Assembly (NCBI GenBank): GCA_963817385.1
Contig: CAWFOM010000006.1
Location: 32,001-96,000 of the forward strand
Reading direction: 5' to 3'
Source: an uncultured delta proteobacterium
Lineage (GTDB): Bacteria; Desulfobacterota; Syntrophia; Syntrophales; UBA5619
DNA length: 64,000 nt
A program made the translations under genes and the position numbers. Below the pieces are notes generated by a model. The model was not told where the DNA came from. It saw only the letters and a list, made by a program, of their open reading frames with translations, and made no database searches. Below are positions 29,116-43,126 of this stretch, piece after piece. The first letter of the stretch is position 1, and each line of letters opens with the position of its first letter.

Positions 29116-30860
29116 GGTCTTGTCTCCTCAAGGGTTTGTGGTTGATATCCGGTTCCTTTGTTCTCGGTCGTTCCCATGGCCTTTCGGTATTCGGTCGCGA
29201 GGACCGCTTTTTCGACGCCGGTATCGATAAAATCCCACGGCAGGATCTCCCCGGTTTCCTTCGGGCGGTAGACATAGAAGTCGGGATTCACATTCACCTC
29301 CCGGAAGGCCTGTGCCCAGTTCCCGCCGCACCGGTGGACGGCCATCAGCAGTTTTCCCACCCGCCTGTCGCCCAGGGCCAGGAGGGCCTGGATGTAATTC
29401 CACTTCGGGAGGTCGTGGGTGACCGAAACCGCCTTCTCGCCGCGCAGACCATCGGCGATCCGCCGGATCCTTCTCTTGACGACGGCTACATCCTCCAGCG
29501 GATGCCACTGGAAAGGGGTTGCGGGCTTCGGGATGAACTGGTTGATGCTGAGCGTCAGACGCCGGAACCCTTTCTTTCCCGCCGACAAGTGGCGGGCCCG
29601 GTGTTCCATCCCCTTGACCAGACGGATGATGGCCTCTATATCCTCGTCCGTCTCCGTCGGGAGACCCACCATGAAGTAGAGCCTGAGACGCACCATATCA
29701 TATTTCAGGAGATTGTCCACTGCGGAGAAGATCTCCTCTTCGGAGATCCCCTTGCGGATCACCTTCCGGAGGCGCTGGGAGCCGGCCTCGGGGGCGAGCG
29801 AGACAGTCTCCACACCGGTTTCCTTCAGGAGTGCCGCCATCGGTTCGCTCAGGCGGTCCAGGCGGAGGGATCCGACGGCCACCGATCCCCCCTGCTCCAG
29901 GATGGAGCGGCACAGGGGGATGAGTTCGGGATGGTCCGAGACGGCAGTGCCCAAAAGACCGATGGTCTTTCCTTTTTCGAGTCCCCGTCGGAAGGACTCC
30001 CCCAGGGTCGCGGAGCTGCGGAAACGCGCCGGCCGGCAGACGAAGCCGGCGGCGCAGAAGCGGCACCCCCGGGCGCACCCCCGGCTCACCTCGGTGAGGT
30101 ACAGGCCGCCGAACTCGGTTGCTTTGGTGGTGATCCCCTGCTCGGTCGTAAAGGTGTTGATATCGGGGACCGAACGTCTGACGATCCTCGCGGGGAAGGC
30201 GGCGTCAAGGGGCTCCCGGGCGGCAATGTGGCCTTCCGGGGTCGTGGTAACCCGGTAATACCGGGGCACATAGGCCCCGGAGATCGACCGCTGCATCCGG
30301 GCGAGGAATGCCTCCCGGGCGAGTTGCCGGCGGAGGGCGACCGCGGCGTCGAGGAAATCGGGGAGAAGGGCCTCGCCTTCCCCGATCAGAAAGAGATCGA
30401 AGAAATCGGCGAGGGGTTCGGGATTCAGGGTGACGGCGATGCCGCCGCCGATGACGAGAGGGTCTCTCTCGCCCCGCGCCTCCGTTTCGAGGGGGATACC
30501 CGCCATTTCGAGGATCGTAAGGACATTGGGGTAGTCGTTTTCAAAGGAGAGGGAGAAGGCCACCATGTCGAAATCGGCCAGCGGCCGTTGCGATTCGAGG
30601 CTGAAAAGCGGGGAAGATGAAGCCCGGTGGGCTGCTTCGTCTCCGGGATCGGGGAGAAAGACCCGTTCGCACAGGCAGGCGGGATGGCGGTTGATAAGGG
30701 CATAAACAGCCTGGAAGCCGAGGTTGGACATGCCCGTCCGGTAGACGTTCGGGTAGGCGAGACAGATTGTCAGTGCATCTCCCCAAATCTTCCTGACGTA
30801 TCCGTCTTCCTGTGCGAGCAGATCGAGACATTTTTTCTTCAGCTTCCAGGACATCTTCAA
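29112..30860 (-). CDS. Radical SAM protein (TIGR03960-like)
   Basis: YPN.Y..GMSNLG, RGCARGCRFC, APEAGS.RLR, YFMVGLPTE, LPWDFID. Confidence 0.9.
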   Translation of the reverse strand: MKMSWKLKKKCLDLLAQEDGYVRKIWGDALTICLAYPNVYRTGMSNLGFQAVYALINRHPACLCERVFLPDPGDEAAHRASSSPLFSLESQRPLADFDMVAFSLSFENDYPNVLTILEMAGIPLETEARGERDPLVIGGGIAVTLNPEPLADFFDLFLIGEGEALLPDFLDAAVALRRQLAREAFLARMQRSISGAYVPRYYRVTTTPEGHIAAREPLDAAFPARIVRRSVPDINTFTTEQGITTKATEFGGLYLTEVSRGCARGCRFCAAGFVCRPARFRSSATLGESFRRGLEKGKTIGLLGTAVSDHPELIPLCRSILEQGGSVAVGSLRLDRLSEPMAALLKETGVETVSLAPEAGSQRLRKVIRKGISEEEIFSAVDNLLKYDMVRLRLYFMVGLPTETDEDIEAIIRLVKGMEHRARHLSAGKKGFRRLTLSINQFIPKPATPFQWHPLEDVAVVKRRIRRIADGLRGEKAVSVTHDLPKWNYIQALLALGDRRVGKLLMAVHRCGGNWAQAFREVNVNPDFYVYRPKETGEILPWDFIDTGVEKAVLATEYRKAMGTTENKGTGYQPQTLEETRP

Positions 30861-30926
30861 GCCTCTGCCGTCACGTCGCTACCTTGTTCGGTTGTCCCGC
30901 GGCGATGGTATACGCGCTGTCATTTT

Positions 30927-31055
30927 GGGCGGCTTCGCAAAAGGTCACGGAAGCGAGGCGTGCGAGCTCTGAGGAATGAGGCGTACCCTGTCGTACGCCG
31001 CAATGACGAAGAGCGAAGAGCAACGATGCATAGGAAACCTTTTCCGAAGCCGCCC
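30927..31055. repeat. Structured MITE-like repeat, copy A (immediately after ftsZ stop)
   Basis: 19-bp terminal inverted repeat GGGCGGCTTCGCAAAAGGT / ACCTTTTCCGAAGCCGCCC; central GGCGTAC-N6-GTACGCC; homologous to 37928-38048. Confidence 0.85.
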
Positions 31056-32197
31056 TAGTCCGCCTGCCTCCTCAAGAACGTGGGGATCTCCAGATCGGAA
31101 TGCTCATCCGCTTCGGCGGGTCCGGCTTTGAGCGGAGCGGCGGCGTCCGCAGGTTTTTCGTTCCGAATATAGGTGGGAACGGCCAGGTTGCTCCGTCGGA
31201 GGCTGCCGAGCGGGGTGACGTTGCTCTTGGCCATTTCCAGAGTTTCAAAGCCGGTCGCGATCACGGTGATCCGGATTTCATCTCCCATCGTTTCGTCGAC
31301 GACAGTGCCGAAAATGATGTTCGCATCCTCGTGTGCCTCCGACTGGATAAGCGTGGAAGCCTCGTGGATCTCATAGAGGGTCATGCTCGGCCCGCCGGTG
31401 ATGTTCAGAAGGACGCCACGGGCGCCCTGGATGGTGTTATCTTCCAAAAGCGGCGAGGAGATCGCCTTCTGGGCCGCCTCCACCGCCCGATTTTCGCCGC
31501 TGGCCACGCCGGTCCCCATCAGCGCCATGCCCATCTCCGACATGATGCTCTTGACATCGGCGAAGTCGAGATTGATGAGCCCGGGGACCATGATCAGATC
31601 GGAGATCCCCTTGACGGCGTGGTAGAGGATGTCATCGGCTTTCTTGAATGCCTCGAGGAGCGAGATATTGCGGCCGCCCAGACTCAGGAGCCGCTGGTTG
31701 GGGACGATGATGAGGGTGTCCACTATCTTTCTCAACTCGGCGATTCCCGCCTCGGCTTGGTTGTTGCGTCTTTTCCCTTCGAACTGGAAGGGCTTCGTCA
31801 CCACCGCTACGGTAAGCGCCCCCTGTTCCCGGGCGATCTCCGCCGCGATGGGTGCGCCGCCTGTGCCGGTGCCGCCGCCGAGCCCCGCGGTGATGAAAAT
31901 CATGTCGGCTCCCTCGAGCTGCTCCCTGATCAGCTCTCGGGTCTCCAGAGCGGCCTGTCTCCCGATATCGGGATCCGAACCGGCCCCCAGCCCCTTGGTG
32001 ACCTCAACCCCCAACTGGATCTTGACCGGCGAGACGGATGCCCCCAGCGCCTGTGCATCGGTGTTGGCCGCGATAAAATCGACCCCCCGAAGATTGTAGG
32101 AAATCATGGTATTGACGGCATTCCCTCCCGCGCCGCCGATGCCGATCACCTTGATTCTGGCCGCACTCAACACCCCCGCATCCGACAATTCGAACAT
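31055..32197 (-). CDS. ftsZ: Cell division protein FtsZ
   Basis: GGGTGTG tubulin signature, NLDFAD, C-terminal [12 protein letters not shown]; true start MFELSD at 32197. Confidence 0.98.
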   Translation of the reverse strand: MFELSDAGVLSAARIKVIGIGGAGGNAVNTMISYNLRGVDFIAANTDAQALGASVSPVKIQLGVEVTKGLGAGSDPDIGRQAALETRELIREQLEGADMIFITAGLGGGTGTGGAPIAAEIAREQGALTVAVVTKPFQFEGKRRNNQAEAGIAELRKIVDTLIIVPNQRLLSLGGRNISLLEAFKKADDILYHAVKGISDLIMVPGLINLDFADVKSIMSEMGMALMGTGVASGENRAVEAAQKAISSPLLEDNTIQGARGVLLNITGGPSMTLYEIHEASTLIQSEAHEDANIIFGTVVDETMGDEIRITVIATGFETLEMAKSNVTPLGSLRRSNLAVPTYIRNEKPADAAAPLKAGPAEADEHSDLEIPTFLRRQAD

Positions 32198-32210
32198 AAC
32201 TCCTCCCTCC

Positions 32211-33437
32211 CTAAAAGAATTCAAGAAGCCACTGCTTGAGTCTCTTGAACATCCTGCCGATAAAATTTCCCTCCGCCCTGCTGAGTTTCTCCCGCGCGAT
32301 GTTTTGGCTCCCGTAAACCACGAGTCCGACACCGGTCGCGTACAGGGGACTGTTGACAACATCGGTGAGTCCGCCGATGCCCGTCGGGCAGCCCCGCCGG
32401 ACCGGCATGTTGAAGATCTGTTCTGCCAGCTCCGGGACCCCTTCGAGGATCGACGTCCCTCCGGTAAGGACCGCCCCGGCTGCGAGGATATCCTCGCAGC
32501 CGGATTTGGTGATCTCTTTATACGCCATCGAAAGGATCTCATCCATGCGGGGCTCGATGATCCGGCCCAGGATCTGCCGGGAGACCTCCCGAGGTTCCCG
32601 GCCGCCGACGCTCGGAACTTCGATCGATTCATCCTTGGGGATCAGCGGCATAAAGGCGCATCCGTAGCGGATCTTGATCTTTTCCGCCTCGGCGATGGGT
32701 GTTCGGAGGCCCGTTGCTATGTCACTCGTGACATAATTGCCTCCGACCGGCAGGACCGCCGTGTGTTTGATGCTCCCTTCCGAGAAGATCGCAATGTCGG
32801 TCGTGCCGCCGCCGATGTCGATCAGGGCGACCCCGAGGTCCTTTTCATCGCTGCTCAGAACCGCTTCACTGGAGGCAAGCTGCTCCAGGACGATGTCGTT
32901 GATGTCCAGCCCCACGCGGTTGACCGATTTCACAACGTTCTGGATGGAAGTGACGGCGCCGGTCACGATATGGACCTTCGCTTCCAGGCGAACGCCCGAC
33001 ATCCCTACCGGATCGCGGATCCCGTCCTGCTCGTCAACCACATAGAACTGGGGGAGAGTATGGAGAATCTGCCTGTCCAGGGGGACGGCAATCGCCTTGG
33101 CTGCGTCGATCGCCCGTTCCACATCATCCTCGTCCACCTCGCGTCCCTTGACGGCGACGATGCCGAGGCTGTTCTGGCCCCGGATGTGTCCGCCGGCGAT
33201 CCCGACATAGACCGAACGAATCTCGCAGCCCGAGATCCGTTCCGCCTCTTCCACTGCGCGCTTGATCGATTCCACGGTGCTTTCGATGTTGACGACGACG
33301 CCTTTTCTCAACCCTTCTGAAGGATGGGAGCCGATGCCGATGACGTCGATTCCCGACTCTTTGACTTCACCGACGATGGTACAGGTTTTTGTTGTCCCGA
33401 TATCCAGTCCGACTATGACGTTCTCTTTTTTCCCCAT
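32211..33437 (-). CDS. ftsA: Cell division protein FtsA
   Basis: [17 protein letters not shown]-terminal amphipathic helix. Confidence 0.98.
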   Translation of the reverse strand: MGKKENVIVGLDIGTTKTCTIVGEVKESGIDVIGIGSHPSEGLRKGVVVNIESTVESIKRAVEEAERISGCEIRSVYVGIAGGHIRGQNSLGIVAVKGREVDEDDVERAIDAAKAIAVPLDRQILHTLPQFYVVDEQDGIRDPVGMSGVRLEAKVHIVTGAVTSIQNVVKSVNRVGLDINDIVLEQLASSEAVLSSDEKDLGVALIDIGGGTTDIAIFSEGSIKHTAVLPVGGNYVTSDIATGLRTPIAEAEKIKIRYGCAFMPLIPKDESIEVPSVGGREPREVSRQILGRIIEPRMDEILSMAYKEITKSGCEDILAAGAVLTGGTSILEGVPELAEQIFNMPVRRGCPTGIGGLTDVVNSPLYATGVGLVVYGSQNIAREKLSRAEGNFIGRMFKRLKQWLLEFF

Positions 33438-33536
33438 GTATCCTCCAGCTCCGCATTGGAAACGTTACCAACTTTCTCCGGGAGCATCAATCCTTCAGTG
33501 TCGCCGGACGCCCGGCTGTGTTACTTCGCATCGGTC

Positions 33537-34391
33537 TCACATCCGGTATCCCTTCCCGGCGCCGGCTGTTCCCGCGGGTCCTGCGGGTCCCGGGAGATTA
33601 CGCTGCTGGACATTGATCTTTGCCGGGTCGCTCAGGTCGATGAGGAGAAAACCGACGTTCCGGTTCTTTCGGTCCAGATCCGCCATGACGGGGGTCAGCC
33701 GCTGGAACTTGTTTTCAAAACCGTCGAAGCCCATCTGCAGGCAGAGGCCCGTGTCCGTGAACAGAGAGAGCCCGAAGGTCTCGTTGCCGTGGATCTCCGA
33801 CACCGCGCCGATGGCCGGGGTGTCCTTCGACCCCGCAAGGTAATTCAACAGGGCGATGGATTTCTTCACCAGGGCATCATTCGTCCGATCGCCGCTTACG
33901 AACCCGGTGAGGACCGGGAGATTGACTTCATCGCCGGGCTCCAGTTTTTTAAAGGGTTCCCCATCACTGTCGAGGAGGTAAAGCCCCGCGTCGCGTTGAA
34001 GGAGGGCGACCGCCTTTCTTTCCCGGACCACGATGACCAGCCGATCGGGGAATTCCCGCCCGATGAAGACCTCTCTGATCCAGGGGTTTGCGCGGATCCG
34101 CCGGGTGATCGCGTCCTGGTTGAGCGCAAGGATGTTCGGAGACGGCCGGATGGCGGCTAGGGTAAGGATATCCTTTTCGGTAAGCTCTTTGCATCCCCGA
34201 ACGACGGTCTCCCGGACTGCGAGATACGGGGATCGGATGATCCAGTCGTAGCCGACCAGGAGCGATGCGGTGACGCCGGCGATGGCACCCGTCAGGAGGA
34301 TTCCGAGGCTGACTTCCCGGAGAAGCTCTCTGGCGTTTCGCTTGAGCCGGTGTTTTCTCGTCTGCAGTTGGAGACGAAATCCCTTTTTCAT
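33537..34391 (-). CDS. ftsQ: Cell division protein FtsQ/DivIB
   Basis: TM helix, POTRA (NPWIREV.I.REFPD.L.I.VRER), synteny. Confidence 0.9.
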   Translation of the reverse strand: MKKGFRLQLQTRKHRLKRNARELLREVSLGILLTGAIAGVTASLLVGYDWIIRSPYLAVRETVVRGCKELTEKDILTLAAIRPSPNILALNQDAITRRIRANPWIREVFIGREFPDRLVIVVRERKAVALLQRDAGLYLLDSDGEPFKKLEPGDEVNLPVLTGFVSGDRTNDALVKKSIALLNYLAGSKDTPAIGAVSEIHGNETFGLSLFTDTGLCLQMGFDGFENKFQRLTPVMADLDRKNRNVGFLLIDLSDPAKINVQQRNLPGPAGPAGTAGAGKGYRM

Positions 34392-35297
34392 TACTCCCCG
34401 ATGATCCTCACTTCAGTTTCCAGGGCATATCCCGTCATCTCGAATACCCGCTTCTGAATCTTCTCGATCAGGCGGATGATCTCCTCCGCAGTCGCCTTCC
34501 CCCGGTTGATGATAAAATTGCCGTGTTTTTCCGATATCTGCGCATCGCCGATCCGCATTCCTTTGAGACCTGCCTCTTCGATAAGCCTGCCGGCGGGCAC
34601 TGCCTGCGGATTTTTAAAGACCGACCCGGCATTCCGGAATTCCAGGGGGTGTTTTTCCCGTCTCAGCGCGATAATTTCACGGACACGCCCGGCTATGTTT
34701 TCTCCCTCTCCCCGCGTCAGATGAAACGCTGCGCCGATGATAATCGTTTCTGCGGGTAAGTCAAGATTTCTGTATGAAAAACTCAGGAAGCCCCGCACAA
34801 CGGTGCGGATCCCTTCCCCCGGGTTCAAGAGACGCACCGAAGTGCAGATATCCTTGATCTCGCCCCCATAGGCCCCGGCATTCATCCGGACGGCGCCGCC
34901 GACACTCCCCGGGATGCCGGCGCAGAATTCCGCTCCCGTCAGAGCCTCGCGCACCGACACGGCTACCAGCTCGGCCAGGGGAAGTCCGGCCTCCGCCTCC
35001 AGACAGACGCTCCCGTCATCGCTGTCGCTTAGTTTCAGAGAATGCATGCCTGCCAGCGACAGGAGGGCGCCCCGGTAACCCCTGTCGCATACAATCAGAT
35101 TGGTCCAATTGCCGACCGGAAGAAACGGGATCCGGTGCGCCCGGAGAAAGGCGACGCCCTGAGCGAGGTCATCTACGCTCTTGGGGAAGACGAGGGCGTC
35201 GATCCTTCCCCCGACGCCGAGGGAGGTGTGGCGGTCTGCCATCTCGTCGAAGAGGATTGTTCCGGACATCCGCTTCCGGAGACCATCCTGCCAGGTT

Positions 35298-35311
<14 letters not shown>
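34391..35311 (-). CDS. murB: UDP-N-acetylenolpyruvoylglucosamine reductase
   Basis: [34 protein letters not shown]. Confidence 0.97.
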
Positions 35312-36712
<1,401 letters not shown>

Positions 36713-36716
<4 letters not shown>

Positions 36717-37891
36717 ATCTTCCCTCGCGTGTGCCCGGTCTGCCGCCGGTTTTCAACTAGCGCCAGGCAGGCATCGACAATCTCCGCGGCCGCGCGCCTG
36801 TTCCCCAGAGCGGCGGCGGCGGCTTCCATTTTCCGGACGGCTTCGGGGTTGCGGGATAACCGCTCGATCGCCGACGCCAGCAACTCCCCGCTGAGATCCT
36901 TTTCCGCAATCATCTCCGCTGCCCCGGTACGGGCAAGGATCTCGGCGTTCTTCGTCTGATGGTCATTCACGGCGAAGGGAAAGGGGATCAGGATGGCCGC
37001 CTTCCCGCCGGCGGTGATCTCCGCGATGGAAGTCGCGCCGGCCCGACAGATCAGGAGATCCGCCGCCCGGTAGGCCGCGGCCATATCCATGATGAACGGC
37101 AGGACCTCGGCTGCAAAGCCTCGCTCCCGGTAGGCGGCGTCGACGATGTCCCGGTCTTTTTCCCCCGCTTGGTGGATGAAACGGATCCGGTTCTTCAGGT
37201 GCTCAAGGCCCACCAGGGCCTCGCCGACGAACCGGTTGATGGCGTGCGCCCCCTGGCTTCCGCCGAAGATGAGGATCGTGAATCGCGGGTCGTCCTTTCC
37301 TTCCCGCGGTTTCTCCGCGAGGAAGGCCGCACGGACCGGATTTCCGGTGACCAGCGTCCGGTTTTCCGGAAACCACCGTTGCGATGCCGAGAACGTAAGG
37401 AAGATCCGGTCGGCGAAACGGCCGAGGATCCGGTTGGTCAGACCCGGGAAAGCGTTTTGCTCGGCGATGGCGGTCTCTGTTCCCATCACGCGGGCGGCGA
37501 GAACTGCCGGCCCCGAGGCGTACCCTCCCACACCGAGAACGATTGCCGGACGGAATTCGCGGAGGATCCGGAAGGAGGCGAAAAGGCTTGCGGGGATCTT
37601 TGCGAGGGCCCCTGCGATCCGCAACGCTCCCCGCCCCTTTATCCCCTCTACCGGAATGGTCCTGAGCGGGAGCCCCAACCCGCCCAGGACCTTTTTCTCC
37701 AGACCCCGCTCGGTGCCGATGAAGAGGATGCGGTTTTCCGGGTCCCTGCGAAGGAACTCCTCGGCGACGGCGATCCCCGGAAAGAGGTGGCCGCCCGTCC
37801 CGCCGCCGGCGATGATCATGCCGAGGCCGCCCGGGTTCTCCTGCGGTTTTTCTCCGATGGTTATCGGTTTTGTCTGCACGTCATTTACCAT
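36713..37891 (-). CDS. murG: Lipid I GlcNAc transferase
   Basis: GGGTGGH, GGYASGP, EQN, GGSQGA, RAGA, HQTKNA. Confidence 0.97.
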
Positions 37892-37927
37892 GATACATTA
37901 ACAATTGAAGAACCCATGAAACATTTG

Positions 37928-38048
37928 CGACTTCGCAAAAAGCGCCAGAGACAAGGCGCGCTTTCGCCCGAGGAGTGAGGCGTACCTTTCCGTACGCCGC
38001 AACGACGAGGGGAAGCGCAACGCAGTATGGGAGCTTTTTCCGAAGTCG
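37928..38048. repeat. Structured MITE-like repeat, copy B (between ftsW and murG)
   Basis: Inverted ends CGACTTCGCAAAAAGC / GCTTTTTCCGAAGTCG; central GAGGAGTGAGGCGTAC-N6-GTACGCCGCAACGACGA. Confidence 0.85.
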
Positions 38049-38060
38049 TCATCTTTACCG

Positions 38061-39188
38061 CTATCCTTCATATGATGAAATATTCAGCAATATGCCCACC
38101 GCAACGAGGGACATCAGGAGCGATGTCCCGCCGTAACTCAGAAAGGGGAGGGCCAGTCCCTTGAGGGGGATCAGTCCCATGATGCCCGCGATGTTGATGA
38201 ACGCCTCCAGGGCGATGAGCATCGTCAGCCCCGCGGCCAGGAGATTTCCGAAGAGATCCGGCGCCTTTAAAGAGATCTGGAACCCCCGGACGATCAGGAC
38301 GATATATAAAAAAAGGATCAGCGTGACGCCGATGAAACCGCTCTCCTCGGCGATAACCGAGAGGATGAAATCGGTATGGGGCTCGGGGAGATAGAAAAGC
38401 TTCTGCATGCCGTCCCCGATCCCCACGCCGAAGGCGCCGCCCGAACCGAAGGAGATCAGGGACTGGATGATCTGAAAACCGGAATGGCGCGGGTCTTTCC
38501 ACGGATCGAGAAATGTCATGAGGCGGGCCAATCGATAGCTCTTGTGGAGGAGGAGCCAGATGGCCACGGGAATAAACAGGGCAATGATCCCCGCGAGGTG
38601 GAGGATCCGGCCGCCGGCCAGATAGATCATCATCAGGGTGATAACGGCCATGATGACGGTCGTGCCGAAATCGGGCTGCAACAGGATCAATCCCACCAGG
38701 ACCCCCGTGACGCCGACGGGGATGAGCAGTCCCTGGCGGATCTCCCGGATGCGGTTGACCCTCTGGGTCAGGAAATAGGCCAAAAAGAGGATCAGGGCAA
38801 TCTTGACCATCTCGGAGACCTGGAACGAGAAGACTCCGAGGTTGAGCCAACGGACGGCCCCGCCGGCGCGAATTCCCATATGGGGGATCCAGAGCGCGCA
38901 GAGGCAGATCGTCGAGACCGCGATTCCCGGCCAGGCCAGCTTCCGGAGCGTGTAGTAGGGAATCCGCGTCATCAGGACCATGATCAGAAGACCGAGGATG
39001 AGGAAAAAGAGCTGTTTCTTGAGAAAGAACTGCCCGTCGCGGAACCTCTCCGTCGCGAGGATGGAGCTGGAACTGTAGATCATCACCGTCCCGATAGTCA
39101 CCAAAATCAGAGTGACCAACAGGAGGATCAGATCCGGTTTCTTTTCCCTCCCCAAACGTTTCATTGTTCCAACCGCCTGACCGTACAA
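38061..39188 (-). CDS. ftsW: SEDS peptidoglycan polymerase FtsW
   Basis: GGAVRW, QVSE..K, QPDFGT, LPEPHTDFI...EE.G, LPFLSYGGTS. Confidence 0.97.
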   Translation of the reverse strand: MYGQAVGTMKRLGREKKPDLILLLVTLILVTIGTVMIYSSSSILATERFRDGQFFLKKQLFFLILGLLIMVLMTRIPYYTLRKLAWPGIAVSTICLCALWIPHMGIRAGGAVRWLNLGVFSFQVSEMVKIALILFLAYFLTQRVNRIREIRQGLLIPVGVTGVLVGLILLQPDFGTTVIMAVITLMMIYLAGGRILHLAGIIALFIPVAIWLLLHKSYRLARLMTFLDPWKDPRHSGFQIIQSLISFGSGGAFGVGIGDGMQKLFYLPEPHTDFILSVIAEESGFIGVTLILFLYIVLIVRGFQISLKAPDLFGNLLAAGLTMLIALEAFINIAGIMGLIPLKGLALPFLSYGGTSLLMSLVAVGILLNISSYEG

Positions 39189-39210
39189 AATTCGGTAACC
39201 TTCGATTCGG

Positions 39211-40557
39211 TTACTGCCGCCTGACTAGCTCCTGGAAGACCCTTCCCCGTTCCTTGTAGTCCGTGAATTCATCGAAGCTCGCGCAGCCGGGGGAGAGGAG
39301 AACGACGTCGCCGGGCGATGCCGCTCTCCCGGCGGCCGCGACCGCCTCCTTCAGGGTGGCCGCGAGGGTCGTCTTGACCACTCCGCCGATGAGTCGGTTG
39401 ATCTTCTCCCGCGCCTCGCCGAAAAGGATCATCTCCCGGACCCGCTCCCGGACGAGGGGGGCAAGCGTCTCGAAGTCCCCTTCTTTGTCCCGCCCCCCGA
39501 GGAGGAGGATGATGGGGCACGAGAAGCTCTGGAGCGCCCGCACGACCGCACCGACGTTGGTTCCCTTGGAATCGTCATAGAAGAGGATGCCGTTTTTCTC
39601 GCCGACGTATTCGATCCGATGGCCGATGCCGCGGAACTCCTCCACCGCCCGGAGGATCGCCGCGGGGGGAGCGCCGCACTCGCGGGCCGCGAGGATCGCG
39701 GCCATCACATTTTCGATGTTGTGGCGTCCCGGAAGGTGGATCATCCCGAGGGGGTATTCCTCCCGTTCTTCGGAAGGCGCGATGCGTACCAGGCGATCCC
39801 CCTCGGCAAACATCCCCCCGGGGACGGCGCCGGAGGAGCTGAAGAGCGTGGTCCGGGCGGCCAATTGTCTGCACAGGGGCGCTGTGGAGGCTTCATCAGC
39901 GTTGAGAATGGCCAGGTCATCGCCGGTCTGCCTCGCGAATATCGCCTCTTTGGTCCGCCGGTAGGCATCGAAACTCCCGTGATAATCGATGTGGTCGAAG
40001 GTCGTGTTGAGCAAAAGGGCGATCCGGGGATGGAACTCGCTCACCCACTGAAGCTGGAAGCTGCTCACCTCGACGACGGCCCAGTCCGCCTCCTGGGGAC
40101 CGTCCACGTAGCCGATCAGGGGGGCGCCGATGTTTCCGCCGACGAAGACCCTTTTCCCTGCTGCGCAGAGCATCTCCCCGATGAGTGTCGTCACGGTCGT
40201 CTTCCCGTTCGTGCCGGTGATGGCGATAAGCGGCGTCTTGAGGAAACGCCAGGCGAGTTCGATTTCGCTTACAACGGGGATCGTCCGTTGGAGCGCCTCC
40301 AGGAGGATGGGGTTTGACGGATAAACGCCCGGTGAGGGGACGACCATATCGACGCCCGCGAGAACCTCGGGTCCATACGGAGTAATGGTCAGATCTGCAT
40401 CGAGACCTTCGATCGCCGTGAGGGTTTCTCTCCAGGCTGAAACCGGTTTTTCATCGGTCACGGCAATCCGGGCCTTCCGGCCAGCGAGAAAACGCGCTGT
40501 CGCGAGACCCGTTTTCCCGACGCCGATAACTGCCACTTTTTTATCATGGAGATCCAT
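39211..40557 (-). CDS. murD: UDP-MurNAc-L-Ala-D-glutamate ligase
   Basis: ITGTNGKTT, EVSSFQL, DDSKGTN, LLSPGCASFD; start MDLHDKK. Confidence 0.97.
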   Translation of the reverse strand: MDLHDKKVAVIGVGKTGLATARFLAGRKARIAVTDEKPVSAWRETLTAIEGLDADLTITPYGPEVLAGVDMVVPSPGVYPSNPILLEALQRTIPVVSEIELAWRFLKTPLIAITGTNGKTTVTTLIGEMLCAAGKRVFVGGNIGAPLIGYVDGPQEADWAVVEVSSFQLQWVSEFHPRIALLLNTTFDHIDYHGSFDAYRRTKEAIFARQTGDDLAILNADEASTAPLCRQLAARTTLFSSSGAVPGGMFAEGDRLVRIAPSEEREEYPLGMIHLPGRHNIENVMAAILAARECGAPPAAILRAVEEFRGIGHRIEYVGEKNGILFYDDSKGTNVGAVVRALQSFSCPIILLLGGRDKEGDFETLAPLVRERVREMILFGEAREKINRLIGGVVKTTLAATLKEAVAAAGRAASPGDVVLLSPGCASFDEFTDYKERGRVFQELVRRQ

Positions 40558-40568
40558 AACCTGTTTTC

Positions 40569-41648
<1,080 letters not shown>

Positions 41649-41695
41649 TTTTCTTCCTTCCCGTGTCCTCCGGCGTTTTTTCGCGCGACGAACCC

Positions 41696-43126
41696 TTACA
41701 CCGTTTCCGGTCGTACGTCAAATGCCGCGATGATGGCCTCCGCTACCGCTTCCATTTTCATCTTTCGGGACCCTTTGATCAGGATCCAGTCATCCTTTTT
41801 CAAGTGAGACATAAGGGGGGTGATAACCTCCCCGGGCTCATCAAAAAAAGCAATCCTCTCCCGGGGAAAGCCTTTTTTCAGAGCCCCTGCCGCCGTGGAG
41901 AGCGAGAGGGTTCCTTTGAGAAAAACCTGGTCGACGCCGGTCTGGGCAAGAATGGTCCCGACTCCTTCGTGCAACTCTTGGGCCTCTCTACCCAATTCTA
42001 GCATGTCGCCCAGGATTGCGACAGTACTCCCCGCACCCCGCAGCCCCTGCAGGGTTTCGAGGGCCTCCCGCATCGAGGCAGGATTGGCGTTGTAGGCGTC
42101 CATGATGATAAATGCGCCGTTCCCCAGCCGCCGGATCTCCATTCTTCCGGGAACGGGGAGGAAGGCGGCGAGACCCTCGGCGATCGCATACCGGTCGAAG
42201 CCCAGCGCCCCTGCGGCGGCGGCCGCCGCCAGGGCGTTTCGAACATTATGCGTGCCGCAAACGGTCATGCGGACCGGGATGCCGATTCCGCCGATGAGGA
42301 GGTTGAAGCGGACCCCTTCCGGTCGCGCCGTTTCAAGCCGCCGGGCGGTGACATCCGCGCCCGGGGTGAGGCCGAAGGTAACCCGGTTTCCCCGCCAGCG
42401 CTCGGCGATCACCGCAACCTCACGGTCATCGTGATTGATGAGAGCCGTTCCCCGCCCGGCCATGACTTCGAAGAGCGCGCCCTTTTCCTCGCGGACGGCC
42501 TCGATTGATCCAAGCCCCTCCAGGTGTGCGGGGCCGATGTTCGTGATCAGACCGATATCGGGTGCGGCGATGGCGGCAAGCCGGGCAATCTCCCCGGGAC
42601 AGTTTGTTCCCATCTCGACGATGGCCAAGTCGTGCCCTTCGCGCAACCCGAGGAGGGTCTGAGGGAGGCCGATCAGGTTGTTGAGGTTTCCCTCCGTCTT
42701 GAGGATATTCCGCGATCGGGAAGCGATGGCTGCGATCATCTCCTTCGTGGTGGTTTTCCCCGAACTTCCCGTGATCGCGACCAGGGGAATGGCGAATCTC
42801 AGCCGCCATGCGTGGGCGATTGCCCCCAGCCCCCGCAGTGTGTCCGGGACGCCGATGACCGGCACGCCGTTCGGCCCGGAGGTCAGTTTTTCGAGACGGT
42901 CCGTCCGGATAAGGAAGCCGCCGGCCTCTTTTGCCGCGGCCGCCGCGAGGCAGTCGTGGCCGTCGAAGTTCTCCCCCGGAAGGGCGATAAAAAGATTTCC
43001 CGCGCAGAGGGTTCTCGTATCCGTGGAGATGCCGCGGCAGGACCAGTCAGCGCCGCCCCTGATCGGGATTCCTCCCGTCGCCTCCAGGATCTCGCGGGCG
43101 GAAAAGGCCGGCGCGTCGCGGGTCAT
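41696..43126 (-). CDS. murF: UDP-MurNAc-tripeptide D-Ala-D-Ala ligase
   Basis: [40 protein letters not shown]; own ATG (MTRDAP) with GGAGG RBS. Confidence 0.93.
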   Translation of the reverse strand: MTRDAPAFSAREILEATGGIPIRGGADWSCRGISTDTRTLCAGNLFIALPGENFDGHDCLAAAAAKEAGGFLIRTDRLEKLTSGPNGVPVIGVPDTLRGLGAIAHAWRLRFAIPLVAITGSSGKTTTKEMIAAIASRSRNILKTEGNLNNLIGLPQTLLGLREGHDLAIVEMGTNCPGEIARLAAIAAPDIGLITNIGPAHLEGLGSIEAVREEKGALFEVMAGRGTALINHDDREVAVIAERWRGNRVTFGLTPGADVTARRLETARPEGVRFNLLIGGIGIPVRMTVCGTHNVRNALAAAAAAGALGFDRYAIAEGLAAFLPVPGRMEIRRLGNGAFIIMDAYNANPASMREALETLQGLRGAGSTVAILGDMLELGREAQELHEGVGTILAQTGVDQVFLKGTLSLSTAAGALKKGFPRERIAFFDEPGEVITPLMSHLKKDDWILIKGSRKMKMEAVAEAIIAAFDVRPETV